Positions 28,736 to 38,667 of a DNA stretch of 64,000 bases are shown here, piece by piece. Source of the DNA: Bacteriovoracia bacterium. Its GTDB lineage: Bacteria > Bdellovibrionota > UBA1018 > CAIPTA01. The position numbers and the translations under genes were made by a program. Every line of letters begins with the position of its first letter. Positions within the stretch are counted from its first letter, which is position 1. Where the stretch lies: positions 736,001-800,000 of the forward strand of contig JBFWVL010000001.1 in the NCBI GenBank assembly GCA_050246755.1, in the 5' to 3' direction. The notes under the pieces were generated by a model. That model ran no database searches. It was not told where the DNA came from and worked only from the letters and a program-made list of their open reading frames with translations.

Positions 28736-31438
28736 ATGAGCAATAGCAAACAATACGTTTACTGCTTTGGTCCTACCGAATGCGCCGGCGACGGCTCCCA
28801 GAAATACCTCCTCGGCGGCAAGGGCGCTAACCTCGCCGACATGGTGAAACTGGGCCTGCCCGTTCCTCCCGGGTTCACGATCTCCACCGACGTTTGCTCC
28901 TACTTCTATAAAAATAATCGCTCCTACCCCGATTCTCTGAAAGCGGAAGTGGCCGCCGCCGTAAAGAATCTTGAGAAAGATCTCTCCGCCACCGGGATGA
29001 AATTCGGCGATAAGAGGAATCCCCTTCTGGTGAGCGTGCGCTCGGGAGCCCCGGTGTCCATGCCCGGCATGATGGACACCGTATTGAACCTCGGCCTCAA
29101 TGACGAAACCGTGCAGGGCCTAATCGAGCAATCCAAGGACCAGCGCTTCGCCTACGATTCCTACCGCCGCTTCGTGATGATGTATTCCGACGTAGTGCTG
29201 AACGTGAACACCTCTTTCTTCGAAAGTGCGCTCGAGGAAAAGAAAGCCGATGCCGGGGTGGAGCTCGATACCGAGCTCAGCGCAGAGCAGCTGAAATCCC
29301 TCGTAAAAGAATTTAAAAGCATCGTGATCGAGCATTCCGGCAAAAAATTCCCGGAAGATCCCCTCGAGCAGCTCTGGGGCGCCGTGGGGGCCGTATTCGG
29401 CTCCTGGATGAACCCGCGCGCTTGCACCTACCGCCGCATCAATGCCATTCCGGAAAATATCGGTACCGCCGTAACCGTGCAGGCGATGGTGTACGGAAAC
29501 ATGGGCGACGACTGCGCCACCGGCGTAGCCTTCACCCGCGATCCCTCCACCGGCGAGAAAAAATTCTTCGGCGAATTTTTAATCAACGCCCAGGGGGAAG
29601 ACGTAGTGGCGGGAATCCGCACCCCTCAGCCGATCAACGCCGAGAGCTTCAACGATCAAAATAAGCATTTGCCCACTCTCGATAAACTGCTGCCCACCGC
29701 TTTCAAAGAGCTCGTCACGCTCTACCAGAAGCTCGAGAAGCATTACCGCGACATGCAGGACATCGAATTCACCATCCAGAAGGGCAAGCTCTTCATGCTG
29801 CAAACCCGGAATGGCAAGCGCACCGCCGCCGCCGCCGTGGCGATCGCCGTGGATATGGTGAAGGAAAATCTCATTTCCAAAAAAGAAGCCGTGATGCGGG
29901 TTACGCCCGAGCAGCTCGATCATTTTCTACACCCCCGCCTCGATCCTAAAGCCCACCGCGATGTGATCGCGAAGGGCCTACCCGCGTCCCCCGGTGCCGT
30001 TTCCGGCCGTATCGTTTTTGATCCCGATACCGCCGAGCAGTGGGTAAAAGAAAAAGGCGAAAAAGTGATTCTCGTGCGCGTGGAAACTTCACCCGAAGAT
30101 ATTCACGGGATGCACGTAGCGCAGGGAATCCTCACCGCACGTGGCGGCATGACTTCCCACGCCGCCGTGGTGGCGCGTGGAATGGGAAAAACTTGCGTGG
30201 CCGGCTGCTCCGCCATCAAGATCCTCCATGAAATGAAAAAAATGGTGGCCGGCGGACGCGAATTCTCCGAAGGAGACTGGATCACGCTCGAAGGCACTAC
30301 CGGCGAAGTGATTTCCGGAAAAGTGGCCACCGTAATTCCGGATCTCACCGGCTCTTTCCACGAGTTCATGGCCTGGGTAGATGAAGCCCGCCGCATGAAA
30401 GTGCGCACCAATGCGGACACGCCCGGCGATGCCCGGGTGGCCCGCCAGTTCGGCGCAGAAGGCATTGGCCTCTGCCGCACGGAGCATATGTTCTTCGATC
30501 CCGAGCGGATCGGCGCCGTACGCCAGATGATTCTTTCCGACAGCGAGATCGAGCGCAAACGCGCGCTCGATAAAATTCTTCCCATGCAGCGCCTGGATTT
30601 TCTCGGCCTCTTCCGCGAGATGAAGGATCTGCCGGTAACCATCCGCTTGCTCGATCCCCCGCTCCACGAGTTCCTTCCCCACGAAGAATCCGACGTGCGC
30701 AAACTCGCTAAGGAAATGGAAGTTTCCTACGAACAGCTCTACCGCCGTAAAGAGCTCCTGCACGAATTCAATCCCATGCTCGGCCATCGCGGCTGCCGCC
30801 TAGGGATCTCCTTTCCCGAGATCTACCGCATGCAAGTGCGCGCGATCATTGAGGCGGCCTGTGAGCTGAAGAAAAAAGAAGGCCAAACGGTGGAGCCGGA
30901 AATCATGATTCCGCTCGTGGCCGACTGGAAAGAGCTGCAGTTCGTGCGTGGCTACAGTGAAAAAGAAATCGAGATGGTTTTTGCCGAGCAAGGCATCAAG
31001 GTGCCCTACACGATTGGCACCATGATCGAGCTCCCCCGCGCGGCCCTCACCGCCGATAAAATCGCCATGGCCGATAAAGGCAATGCCGAATTCTTCAGCT
31101 TCGGCACCAACGATCTCACGCAAACCACCTATGGCCTCTCGCGCGACGATTCCGCCTCCTTTTTAGGTACCTACGTAGACCAAAAAATCTTCGCCCAGGA
31201 TCCCTTCGTTTCCATCGATCACGACGGCGTAGGCGAGCTGATGAAACTCGCCGTGCAAAAAGGCAAAGCTGCCCGCGGCAAAGAGATGAAAATGGGCATT
31301 TGCGGAGAACAAGGCGGAGAACCTCGTTCTGTGCATTTTTGCCATTCCATCGGCCTCGACTACGTGAGCTGCAGCCCCTACCGGGTACCGATTGCCCGTC
31401 TTGCCGCAGCCCAAGCAAATATCGGCAAACTGGAATAA
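28736..31438 (+). CDS. ppdK: Pyruvate, phosphate dikinase
   Basis: GGKGANL, SVRSGA..SMPGMMDT, GGMTSHAAVVARG, GIGLCRTEHMF, FGTNDLTQ, GICGE. Confidence 0.98.
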   Translation: MSNSKQYVYCFGPTECAGDGSQKYLLGGKGANLADMVKLGLPVPPGFTISTDVCSYFYKNNRSYPDSLKAEVAAAVKNLEKDLSATGMKFGDKRNPLLVSVRSGAPVSMPGMMDTVLNLGLNDETVQGLIEQSKDQRFAYDSYRRFVMMYSDVVLNVNTSFFESALEEKKADAGVELDTELSAEQLKSLVKEFKSIVIEHSGKKFPEDPLEQLWGAVGAVFGSWMNPRACTYRRINAIPENIGTAVTVQAMVYGNMGDDCATGVAFTRDPSTGEKKFFGEFLINAQGEDVVAGIRTPQPINAESFNDQNKHLPTLDKLLPTAFKELVTLYQKLEKHYRDMQDIEFTIQKGKLFMLQTRNGKRTAAAAVAIAVDMVKENLISKKEAVMRVTPEQLDHFLHPRLDPKAHRDVIAKGLPASPGAVSGRIVFDPDTAEQWVKEKGEKVILVRVETSPEDIHGMHVAQGILTARGGMTSHAAVVARGMGKTCVAGCSAIKILHEMKKMVAGGREFSEGDWITLEGTTGEVISGKVATVIPDLTGSFHEFMAWVDEARRMKVRTNADTPGDARVARQFGAEGIGLCRTEHMFFDPERIGAVRQMILSDSEIERKRALDKILPMQRLDFLGLFREMKDLPVTIRLLDPPLHEFLPHEESDVRKLAKEMEVSYEQLYRRKELLHEFNPMLGHRGCRLGISFPEIYRMQVRAIIEAACELKKKEGQTVEPEIMIPLVADWKELQFVRGYSEKEIEMVFAEQGIKVPYTIGTMIELPRAALTADKIAMADKGNAEFFSFGTNDLTQTTYGLSRDDSASFLGTYVDQKIFAQDPFVSIDHDGVGELMKLAVQKGKAARGKEMKMGICGEQGGEPRSVHFCHSIGLDYVSCSPYRVPIARLAAAQANIGKLE

Positions 31439-31467
31439 GCTAAAGAGTTCCCCCTACGGAACATGCA

Positions 31468-32580
31468 ATGGGGATGGCCATGGGCTGGAAACGCGTCGAT
31501 TTTTTAGAGACGGGCGATAGCTACTACAACGCCGTGGTAGCAGAGATCGCTAACGCCAAGAAGAGCGTCCTCCTCGAGAGCTATATTTTTCGTCTAGACC
31601 GCGTGGGCATCCGTATCCTCGATGCGCTCTGCGCCGCCGTGGGCCGGGGTGTAAAAATTTTCCTGCGCATCGACGGCGTGGGTTCGCGAATCGATTTAGC
31701 CGCCATCGCGGCCTATTGCGGAAACGCCAAGCTCGATCTCGAGGTATTTCATCCCCTTCCCTTCGCCGCCCCCGGAGCCTACCACCCTTCCGGCTTAGCG
31801 AAGGCCGACAGTTTCCTCGCTCGGTGGCGCATGATCAACCGCCGCTCTCACCGCAAACTCATCATCGTGGATGAAACCATCGCTTTTACCGGCGGCCGCA
31901 ATATCGATGAAGTACAGTCCGAAGAATATTCTGGCGCAGCCGCCTGGCACGATCTTTCGCTCCGCCTCGAAGGCCCCGCGATGGAAGATCTGGTGAAAGC
32001 TTTTTGGTTCAAGCCCTTCCCTATTTTTCCTAAGAATCCCGTGCGCGACTTGCTGCCCAACTATAGCTGGCGCATGCGCCAGTCTCGCAATAAGTGGTTC
32101 GTCCGGCGTATGCGCCGGGCCCAGGAAAAAATCTGGATCGTAACGCCTTACTTCGCCCCTACCCCCTTGATGCTTTTTCATTTGCGGGCGGCCGCCCGCC
32201 GGGGCGTGGACGTGCGGATCATCCTCTCGCAGAAAACCGACGTGATGATCAGCCGCTGGGCAGCCGTGGGACTCTACCATCGCTTGCTGCAGTGGGGCGT
32301 GAGAATTTTTGAGTACAAGCCTTCCCTCCTCCACCGCAAGCTCTGGATCATAGACCAAACCGCCGTTGTGGGATCTGCGAACTTTAATCATCGCTCCTTC
32401 ATGCACGACCTCGAGCTCGATATCGTGCTCCGCGAGCCCGCGCAGGTTGAAACAGCGCGCGAGCTATTTCGCAAAGACGAGAACGAAAGCCTGAGAATAG
32501 AAAAAGATCAAATGGAGAAACTGCCCTTCTGGACCAAGACCGTAACTTGGTTCGCGGGTTGGTTTAGTTATTGGCTATGA
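31468..32580 (+). CDS. clsB: Cardiolipin synthase B-like phospholipase D family protein
   Basis: Two HxKxxxxD motifs (HRKLIIVD, HRKLWIID); no N-terminal TM; adjacent EEP gene. Confidence 0.75.
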   Translation: MGMAMGWKRVDFLETGDSYYNAVVAEIANAKKSVLLESYIFRLDRVGIRILDALCAAVGRGVKIFLRIDGVGSRIDLAAIAAYCGNAKLDLEVFHPLPFAAPGAYHPSGLAKADSFLARWRMINRRSHRKLIIVDETIAFTGGRNIDEVQSEEYSGAAAWHDLSLRLEGPAMEDLVKAFWFKPFPIFPKNPVRDLLPNYSWRMRQSRNKWFVRRMRRAQEKIWIVTPYFAPTPLMLFHLRAAARRGVDVRIILSQKTDVMISRWAAVGLYHRLLQWGVRIFEYKPSLLHRKLWIIDQTAVVGSANFNHRSFMHDLELDIVLREPAQVETARELFRKDENESLRIEKDQMEKLPFWTKTVTWFAGWFSYWL

Positions 32581-33290
32581 AACACTGGCGTCTCATCACC
32601 TATAATATTCACAAGGGCGTGACTCCCTTCCGTAATATGAGCGTGATCGATCGGGTGCGTATTAGCCTCGTGGAATCCAAGGCCGACTTCCTCCTGTTGC
32701 AAGAGGTAGTGGGAGAACGCCGGGAAAGCGCCAAAAAGGTGACCCGTCATCTTGAAGACCTGGCCGACGAAAGCTGGCCCCACCATGCTTACGGAAAAAA
32801 TGCCGTCTTCCCCACGCGTAACCACGGCAATGCCATATTAAGCTCGATTCCCATCACGAAGTTTCACAATAAGGATCTGTCGATCTATTCGGTGGAGAAG
32901 CGTGGGCTGCTGCACGCCGAGCTGGAATGGGAAAAGCCCGGCCTGCATCTTTGCTCGGTGCACCTGGATCTTTTCGAGTTCACGCGAAAAAAGCAGGTGG
33001 AAAAATTAATTGATTATCTAAGGGCCTATGTGCCCAAAAATGCTCCGTTAATTTTGGGCGGAGACTTTAACGACTGGGCCGAGAAGGTGGGCCACCGTTT
33101 GGAAAAAGCGCTCGGGCTCGAGGAGCTTAGCCAGCCCAGCTTTCCGGCCTGGCACCCGATCCTGAGATTGGATCGGCTATACGTGCGGGGAATCAAGGTG
33201 ACGAAGTTCCAAGCCCTGGAAAAAGCTCCGTGGAACCGGCTCTCGGATCACCTGCCCCTAATGGTGGAGTTTCAGGTGAAGAAGAAATAA
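32577..33290 (+). CDS. Endonuclease/exonuclease/phosphatase family protein (YbhP-like)
   Basis: TYNIHKG, LQEV, HGNAILS, GDFNDW, LDR, SDHLP. Confidence 0.9.
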   Translation: MKHWRLITYNIHKGVTPFRNMSVIDRVRISLVESKADFLLLQEVVGERRESAKKVTRHLEDLADESWPHHAYGKNAVFPTRNHGNAILSSIPITKFHNKDLSIYSVEKRGLLHAELEWEKPGLHLCSVHLDLFEFTRKKQVEKLIDYLRAYVPKNAPLILGGDFNDWAEKVGHRLEKALGLEELSQPSFPAWHPILRLDRLYVRGIKVTKFQALEKAPWNRLSDHLPLMVEFQVKKK

Positions 33291-33291
33291 A

Positions 33292-33690
33292 TTATTTCTT
33301 CTTAGGTCGTTTCCGCGCCGGAATTTTTCCGATGCGCGGGTCGTTCTTAAGCGCAATCGCGCAGGCCTTGAAAGCGTCTTCCTCGAAACGCGAAGAGCTT
33401 TCGGGAAGATTCTGCCAGCCGGTGGGCCCTGGCCCGAACATTTCTATGGAACGCATCGAGGGTAAATCTTTTTTCAAGCTGGAGTGATGCTCGGCCGTGG
33501 TGGCGATCCAGATTCCGTTGTCCTTTTTCGAGTCTTCTCGCTTTCGCAGGATGAAGAGGATTTTATCGCCGCTATAGATTGAGGTACAGCCGAACATCGG
33601 TTTGGTATAGGGCTCTAGCGGCGCAAGCTCTTCGAGCATGAATAGGAAGGGAATCTCTTTTTTCGGCTTGGGCTTTTTCTTGGGCGGCAT
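33292..33690 (-). CDS. TfoX/Sxy N-terminal-domain-like protein
   Basis: KPMFGCTSIY..DKILFIL; C-terminal DPRIGKIP. Confidence 0.7.
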   Translation of the reverse strand: MPPKKKPKPKKEIPFLFMLEELAPLEPYTKPMFGCTSIYSGDKILFILRKREDSKKDNGIWIATTAEHHSSLKKDLPSMRSIEMFGPGPTGWQNLPESSSRFEEDAFKACAIALKNDPRIGKIPARKRPKKK

Positions 33691-33877
33691 GGGAAGAATT
33701 TAGCAAATTGCGGCCATGGAAAGAACTAAGCCGGCAAGTGCCGGAAATTAGGCGAATTAATGCATCCGTACTAAGGGCGTCCAAAGTAAAAACTCATTTT
33801 CAAACCAACCCACACTATTGCGCTACGCACAAAATACCCCTTTCGCCCAAAATTTCCTGCAAATTTTCGCCACGCAT

Positions 33878-33897
33878 TTATCCACATTTTCTCCACA
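33878..33897 (+). promoter_or_regulatory. Two tandem DnaA boxes upstream of smc
   Basis: TTATCCACA (33878-33886, perfect) and TTCTCCACA (33889-33897, 1 mismatch). Confidence 0.65.
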
Positions 33898-33939
33898 AAT
33901 TCCAATACTTAAACTCTCTAGCCCCTGGGGAAACTTTTC

Positions 33940-33968
33940 TTGCGTAAGCTACACCGTGTAAGTACACT
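33940..33968 (+). promoter_or_regulatory. Sigma70-type promoter of smc
   Basis: TTGCGT-N17-TACACT; spacer contains TACAC-C-GTGTA palindrome. Confidence 0.6.
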
Positions 33969-34005
33969 AATTCCGGTTCACGCACATTTTGAGGGGAATT
34001 CAAAA

Positions 34006-37000
34006 ATGCATATCCGGCGCTTAGAGCTGCAGGGCTTCAAATCTTTTAAAGACAAGACCGTAATTAACTTCGATGACGGCATCACCGGCATCGTTGGCCC
34101 TAACGGCTGCGGCAAATCGAACGTTGTGGATGCCTTCTTCTGGGTAATGGGCGAACAAAACGCGCGCCACCTGCGCGGACAAAACATGGACGATTTAATT
34201 TTCAGCGGCGCCGATAAAGCCCCGCCCGCGAGCTCCGCCGAAGTTACGCTCGTGCTCGACATGCCGGCTGAACTCTCCGGCCCCAACGTGGCCGCCGGCG
34301 CTTCTACCACCGATCTCGCCACTCACCTCACCCGCGAAGTGGCCATCACCCGCAAACTCTACCGTACCGGCGAGAGCGATTACTTCATCAACAAAACTCC
34401 TTGCCGCCTCCGCGATATCCAAGAGCTGTTCATGGACACGGGCGTGGGCGCCCGCGGTTACAGCATCATCCAGCAGGGCCAGATCGCCAAGATCGTGCAA
34501 GCCAAGCCCGAAGACCGCCGTACCATGATCGAAGAAGTGGCCGGGATCGTGAAGTATAAAGCGCGCCGCAAAGAATCCACGCGCAAGCTCGAGGCCACGA
34601 ACCAAAATTTGCTCCGCGTAACCGACGTGATCAACGAGCTCGAGATCCAAAAGCGCCAAATGGAGCGCCAGGCCGACAAAGCCCGTAAATACAAAGAATG
34701 GAAAGAGAAGCTCCAGGGCATCGAGCTGCGCTTCAACGCCCTCAAATGGGAAGACCTCGCCAACCGCATCGGCGTTCTCGAGATGGACATCGAACGCCTC
34801 GGCCACGAAGACGCCTCTCTCTCTACCGCGCGTGAAACCGCCGAGACGCAAATCTCGCAGAAGCGCCTCGAGCTCGCCCAGGCCACCAAAGTTTCGGAAG
34901 AATTCCAGCAGAAGTGGCTGGAGACCGGCACTCGCCTGAACAATACCGAAAACGATTTGAAATATTCGCAAAAAACCCTGGATGACCTCCAGGCCGTTTT
35001 CGCCCAGCTCGAACAAGACACCGCCGAAGAGCGCATCCTGATCGAATCGTTGGCCGCGCAAAACCAAGAACTGCTCAACGAGAGTGCCAACGCCGAAACG
35101 CAGTACGCCGAAGCCGAAGAAATCCGTAAAACGCAGGAGACCCTGGCCCAAGAGCGACGCCGTGAATCCGAAGAAACCGAACGCGCCCTCGAAACCGCCA
35201 AGAAACGCCTCTACGAGCTAGGCTCCGAGCTGGAGCGTGCCCGCTCCACCGCCAACTTTGCCGAGCAGCGCATCGCCGAGCTTTCGGAAAGCCTTGCCCG
35301 TGTTTCGGGTGAACGTGCCGAGAAAGAAGAATTTCTCAGCACCGCTCGTGTGCAGCGTGAAGCCGCCGCCGAGCGTCTCGATATGGCTCGCCTCGAAGCG
35401 GAAACCATCCGCGCGGGGATCATTAAGGCGAATGAAGATCTCTCGTCTCAAAATAAAGACCTAAGCGAAGCGCGCCGGGAACTCTCTCGCTTGAGCTCCG
35501 AACAAGCCCGCACTCGCACCACTCTGCAAACTTTGGAAGAGCAGAAGAAGCGTCACGAAGATTCCTCCAAGGGCGTGAAGGCCGTTTTCCAGCAAATCAT
35601 CCCTCAGCGCGCGGATCTCGCCGGCGCCGTTCGCGGAACCCTCGCCGATATGCTCCAAGTGGATGCCGGAATGGAAACCGCGGCGGAAACCGCCCTCGGC
35701 AAAGCCCTCGACTGGGTTCTCACCAATGATTCGAACCAGCACGCGGCCCTCAGCGCGGCCCTCAAAGAAGGCGCCCTTGGCCGTGCCGCATTTGCGGATC
35801 TCCGCAAGCTCGCAGCCCAGCATAATGCTCCCCTCGAATTCGCGGCTCCCGAAGAGTTCGCGGCTTACGTGGTAGGCCCTCTCACCAATTTCGTACGCCT
35901 CCAAAGCACCGTGAATGAAGAAGGCGCCGATGCGCTCCTGAAGCACTTGCTCGCAAATGTGATCGTACTGAACTCTTCGGCGAACGCCATGACGCTTTCG
36001 GAACGCTTCCCGAACGTGACTTTCGTAACCCTCGATGGGGAAAGCTTCCGTTCCGGCTGGTTCATGGAAGGCGGCGATAAGAGCTCCGTTTCCGGCCACT
36101 ACGTGGGACGCAACCGCGAAATCGCCGAGCTCACCGAGAAGCTCGAAGAAATCACCGCGCAAATTGAAGCCCTTCACGGGCGCGTGCAGGAGATCGAAGC
36201 CGGCATCCACCAAGTAGAAGAAGCCAAGCGCGCCGCAGAAGAATCCGCCCGCGCCCAGCAGAGCGAAATCTCGGCGATCGGTTCCGAAGAGGCTTCCTTG
36301 GCCGCCCGCCTCAACGAGGCCGAGCGCACTCTCGCCAAGATGGTTCAGGACGAAGAACGCGCCCTCGCCGAAAAAGAGAAGCTAGCCGCTTCGGCAAAAG
36401 AAGCGCGCCAGAATATCTTCGCTTTCGAAACCGAGAAAGGCGCCCTCGATGTTGAGAATGCCCGCCTCGGAGAGATCCTCGTGGCCGCCCGTGCCGCCTG
36501 GGATGCTGCCCAGCAAACCCTGGTGGATGCGCGCGTGAAAGCCGCCAACTTGGCCGATCAGCGCAATTCCCTCGAAACGCGCAAGCGCCAGAACCAGAAC
36601 GCCCTCGACCAGCACCGCAATCGCATCGACAGCATGATCGAGCAAACGAAGCGCCGCCACGCCGAGAGCGACGAAACCAAATCCCGCATCGAAACCCTCA
36701 CCCTGCTCATCGACGAACAGCGCGTGGCGATGGTGGAAGCGGAACAAGACTACCGTTCGGCCCGCGACCGTTTCGACCTCCTCAACAACGAAGTGGAAGA
36801 GCAGCGCACGGCCGTGCAAGAGCATTCCACCAAAGAGCGCGCCATCAAGGACACCCTCCTCAACGCCCGCCTCGAGCACCAGAAGCTCACCAGCGACCGC
36901 GATGGGCTCTCGCAGAACACCTTCGAGCGCTATGGACTCATGCTCAGCGAATACAGCATGATGCCCGAGACCATGGAGCAAGTGCAGCTTCTCCGCGAAG

Positions 37001-37668
37001 CCGGCGAAGGCACCATCAACGAGATCCAGAACGAAGTTACTCTCCTCCGCGAGAAGATCCGCAAGCTCGGCGACATCAACCCTTCCGCCGTGGAAGAATA
37101 CGATGCCATCGTGGAGCGCTTCACCCTGCTCTCCACGCAAAAGGCCGACCTCGAGAAGGCCATGGCCGATCTCCAGAGCACCGTGGACCGCATCAACCAC
37201 GTTTCGAAGGAGCGCTTCGAGCGCGCGTTCAAGCAGACCAACGAGCACTTCATGCGCGTATTCCCGGTGATCTTCGGCGGTGGCCATGCCCACCTCACGC
37301 TCACTAACCCGGAAGACATGCTGGAGACCGGCGTGGACATCACCGCCCAGCCTCCCGGCAAGAAGGCGCAGAATATCAACCTGCTCAGCGGGGGAGAAAA
37401 AACCCTCACCGCGCTCAGCTTGCTGTTCTCGATCTTCCTCGTGAAGCCGACCCCCTTCTGCTTGCTGGATGAGGTGGACGCTCCACTCGACGACGCGAAT
37501 ATCGGACGCTTCAACGCTCTCCTCCGCGAGATGTCGAAGCGCTCGCAGTTCATCATCATTACCCACAACAAGCGCACCATGGAGCTCAACGACAAGCTCT
37601 ACGGCGTGACGATGGAAGACGCGGGCGTCTCGAAGATGGTGAGCATCCAGCTCAGCGCTTCGGCCTGA
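34006..37668 (+). CDS. smc: Chromosome segregation protein SMC
   Basis: GFKSF, GPNGCGKSN, long coiled coils with hinge, LSGGE, LDEVDAPLD, ITH; SD GAGGGG. Confidence 0.98.
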   Translation: MHIRRLELQGFKSFKDKTVINFDDGITGIVGPNGCGKSNVVDAFFWVMGEQNARHLRGQNMDDLIFSGADKAPPASSAEVTLVLDMPAELSGPNVAAGASTTDLATHLTREVAITRKLYRTGESDYFINKTPCRLRDIQELFMDTGVGARGYSIIQQGQIAKIVQAKPEDRRTMIEEVAGIVKYKARRKESTRKLEATNQNLLRVTDVINELEIQKRQMERQADKARKYKEWKEKLQGIELRFNALKWEDLANRIGVLEMDIERLGHEDASLSTARETAETQISQKRLELAQATKVSEEFQQKWLETGTRLNNTENDLKYSQKTLDDLQAVFAQLEQDTAEERILIESLAAQNQELLNESANAETQYAEAEEIRKTQETLAQERRRESEETERALETAKKRLYELGSELERARSTANFAEQRIAELSESLARVSGERAEKEEFLSTARVQREAAAERLDMARLEAETIRAGIIKANEDLSSQNKDLSEARRELSRLSSEQARTRTTLQTLEEQKKRHEDSSKGVKAVFQQIIPQRADLAGAVRGTLADMLQVDAGMETAAETALGKALDWVLTNDSNQHAALSAALKEGALGRAAFADLRKLAAQHNAPLEFAAPEEFAAYVVGPLTNFVRLQSTVNEEGADALLKHLLANVIVLNSSANAMTLSERFPNVTFVTLDGESFRSGWFMEGGDKSSVSGHYVGRNREIAELTEKLEEITAQIEALHGRVQEIEAGIHQVEEAKRAAEESARAQQSEISAIGSEEASLAARLNEAERTLAKMVQDEERALAEKEKLAASAKEARQNIFAFETEKGALDVENARLGEILVAARAAWDAAQQTLVDARVKAANLADQRNSLETRKRQNQNALDQHRNRIDSMIEQTKRRHAESDETKSRIETLTLLIDEQRVAMVEAEQDYRSARDRFDLLNNEVEEQRTAVQEHSTKERAIKDTLLNARLEHQKLTSDRDGLSQNTFERYGLMLSEYSMMPETMEQVQLLREAGEGTINEIQNEVTLLREKIRKLGDINPSAVEEYDAIVERFTLLSTQKADLEKAMADLQSTVDRINHVSKERFERAFKQTNEHFMRVFPVIFGGGHAHLTLTNPEDMLETGVDITAQPPGKKAQNINLLSGGEKTLTALSLLFSIFLVKPTPFCLLDEVDAPLDDANIGRFNALLREMSKRSQFIIITHNKRTMELNDKLYGVTMEDAGVSKMVSIQLSASA

Positions 37669-37687
37669 GTTCGTCTTTTCGATTGGG

Positions 37688-37718
37688 AAAGGGCGGAGTG
37701 AAAACTCTGCCCTTTTTT
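37688..37718 (+). terminator. Rho-independent terminator after smc
   Basis: AAAGGGCGGAGT-GAAA-ACTCTGCCCTTTTTT. Confidence 0.85.
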
Positions 37719-37764
37719 ATTTGTGCGGTGAAGCGCAAGAGTTGCCCAGAACGTCCAAAGTGAA

Positions 37765-38625
37765 CTAAGTAGGAATCTCGCCCTCTAGATTGGGCTCGGT
37801 ATCGCGATAGGCCGGATCCATCTTATAATCCTCTTCTTCGAGAGAATTATCTTTGGCGCGAGAGAGCTTGTTCATAAACCCGAACATATCCAGCTCCACT
37901 CTCTTCTCGTCCGTTTTCGTATTTTGTTTCAACTGCGCGATCCAAGGGCGATTGTCGAACCCGCGGCGAAAATAGAGTCGGTTATTATGCACCCTTCTCG
38001 CGATCGTGATTTCCACCGGCTTCTCGGCAGAAAAAAGAAAATGGAGAAATACCGGGCGCTCCTGGAGGCCTCGGAGAAGCGGGGCCAGGTCCTCTGTCAG
38101 AAGCCTGCGAAAAAGTCGGACTACCTCCACCCGCAAATAAGAAGATTCTGAACGGACTTGAATTTGAAATTTTCCGTCGGGCGGTCGGGAAAAAACGATG
38201 GCCACACGCACCTCACCTTCCACGCGCGACGCTTTCATCCACGTAGGGTAGTAGAGAGAGCCATCGATTTTGGCCCGCAGGCGAGAGTAATCGGAAATAT
38301 GCCGGTCGCTCGCCGCATCGAACGCCACGGATCCCCGATCTTCTCCGCTTTGAAAATTCTTTCCCGCACCAGGCTGCCCAAGCGGGCCTTTGCTTTTCAG
38401 CCAGGAGAAGTCGGAAGCGATGGAAGATTCTCGACCACCTCCCAATTTCGATTTCGTGGAGGAAGCGGAAGGTTTCTTTAGCGAAGAAGAATCAGGTTCC
38501 GCAAATTCCACCATGATAGGTGTCATTTCCACGGGAATAGTTTTTTCACGCAAAAAGGAAAACGCACCTAAAAGCAAAGCGCAGTGGAGAAGAATCGAGA
38601 ATAAGAGAAATCGTCTAGATCGCAT
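37765..38625 (-). CDS. TonB-like energy-transducer family protein
   Basis: N-terminal TM with SxxxH (SILLH); low-complexity linker; YP....RVEGEVRV TonB_C-like motif. Confidence 0.55.
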   Translation of the reverse strand: MRSRRFLLFSILLHCALLLGAFSFLREKTIPVEMTPIMVEFAEPDSSSLKKPSASSTKSKLGGGRESSIASDFSWLKSKGPLGQPGAGKNFQSGEDRGSVAFDAASDRHISDYSRLRAKIDGSLYYPTWMKASRVEGEVRVAIVFSRPPDGKFQIQVRSESSYLRVEVVRLFRRLLTEDLAPLLRGLQERPVFLHFLFSAEKPVEITIARRVHNNRLYFRRGFDNRPWIAQLKQNTKTDEKRVELDMFGFMNKLSRAKDNSLEEEDYKMDPAYRDTEPNLEGEIPT

Positions 38626-38667
38626 TTTTCTTTCCGGACGAAAGAGCGTGAAACCAGCTTAGTACGC

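Noticed and set aside
33691-34005. Possible replication origin
   Set aside because: Only two convincing DnaA boxes, no dnaA/dnaN/gidA context and no clear unwinding element; treated as promoter regulation.
34195-37595. Long antisense ORFs (221-394 aa) opposite smc
   Set aside because: Shadow ORFs from codon bias of a GC-rich gene; fully inside smc, no motifs or SD. The same applies to antisense ORFs over tsf, glyQS, ppdK, rimO, carD and the S8 protease.
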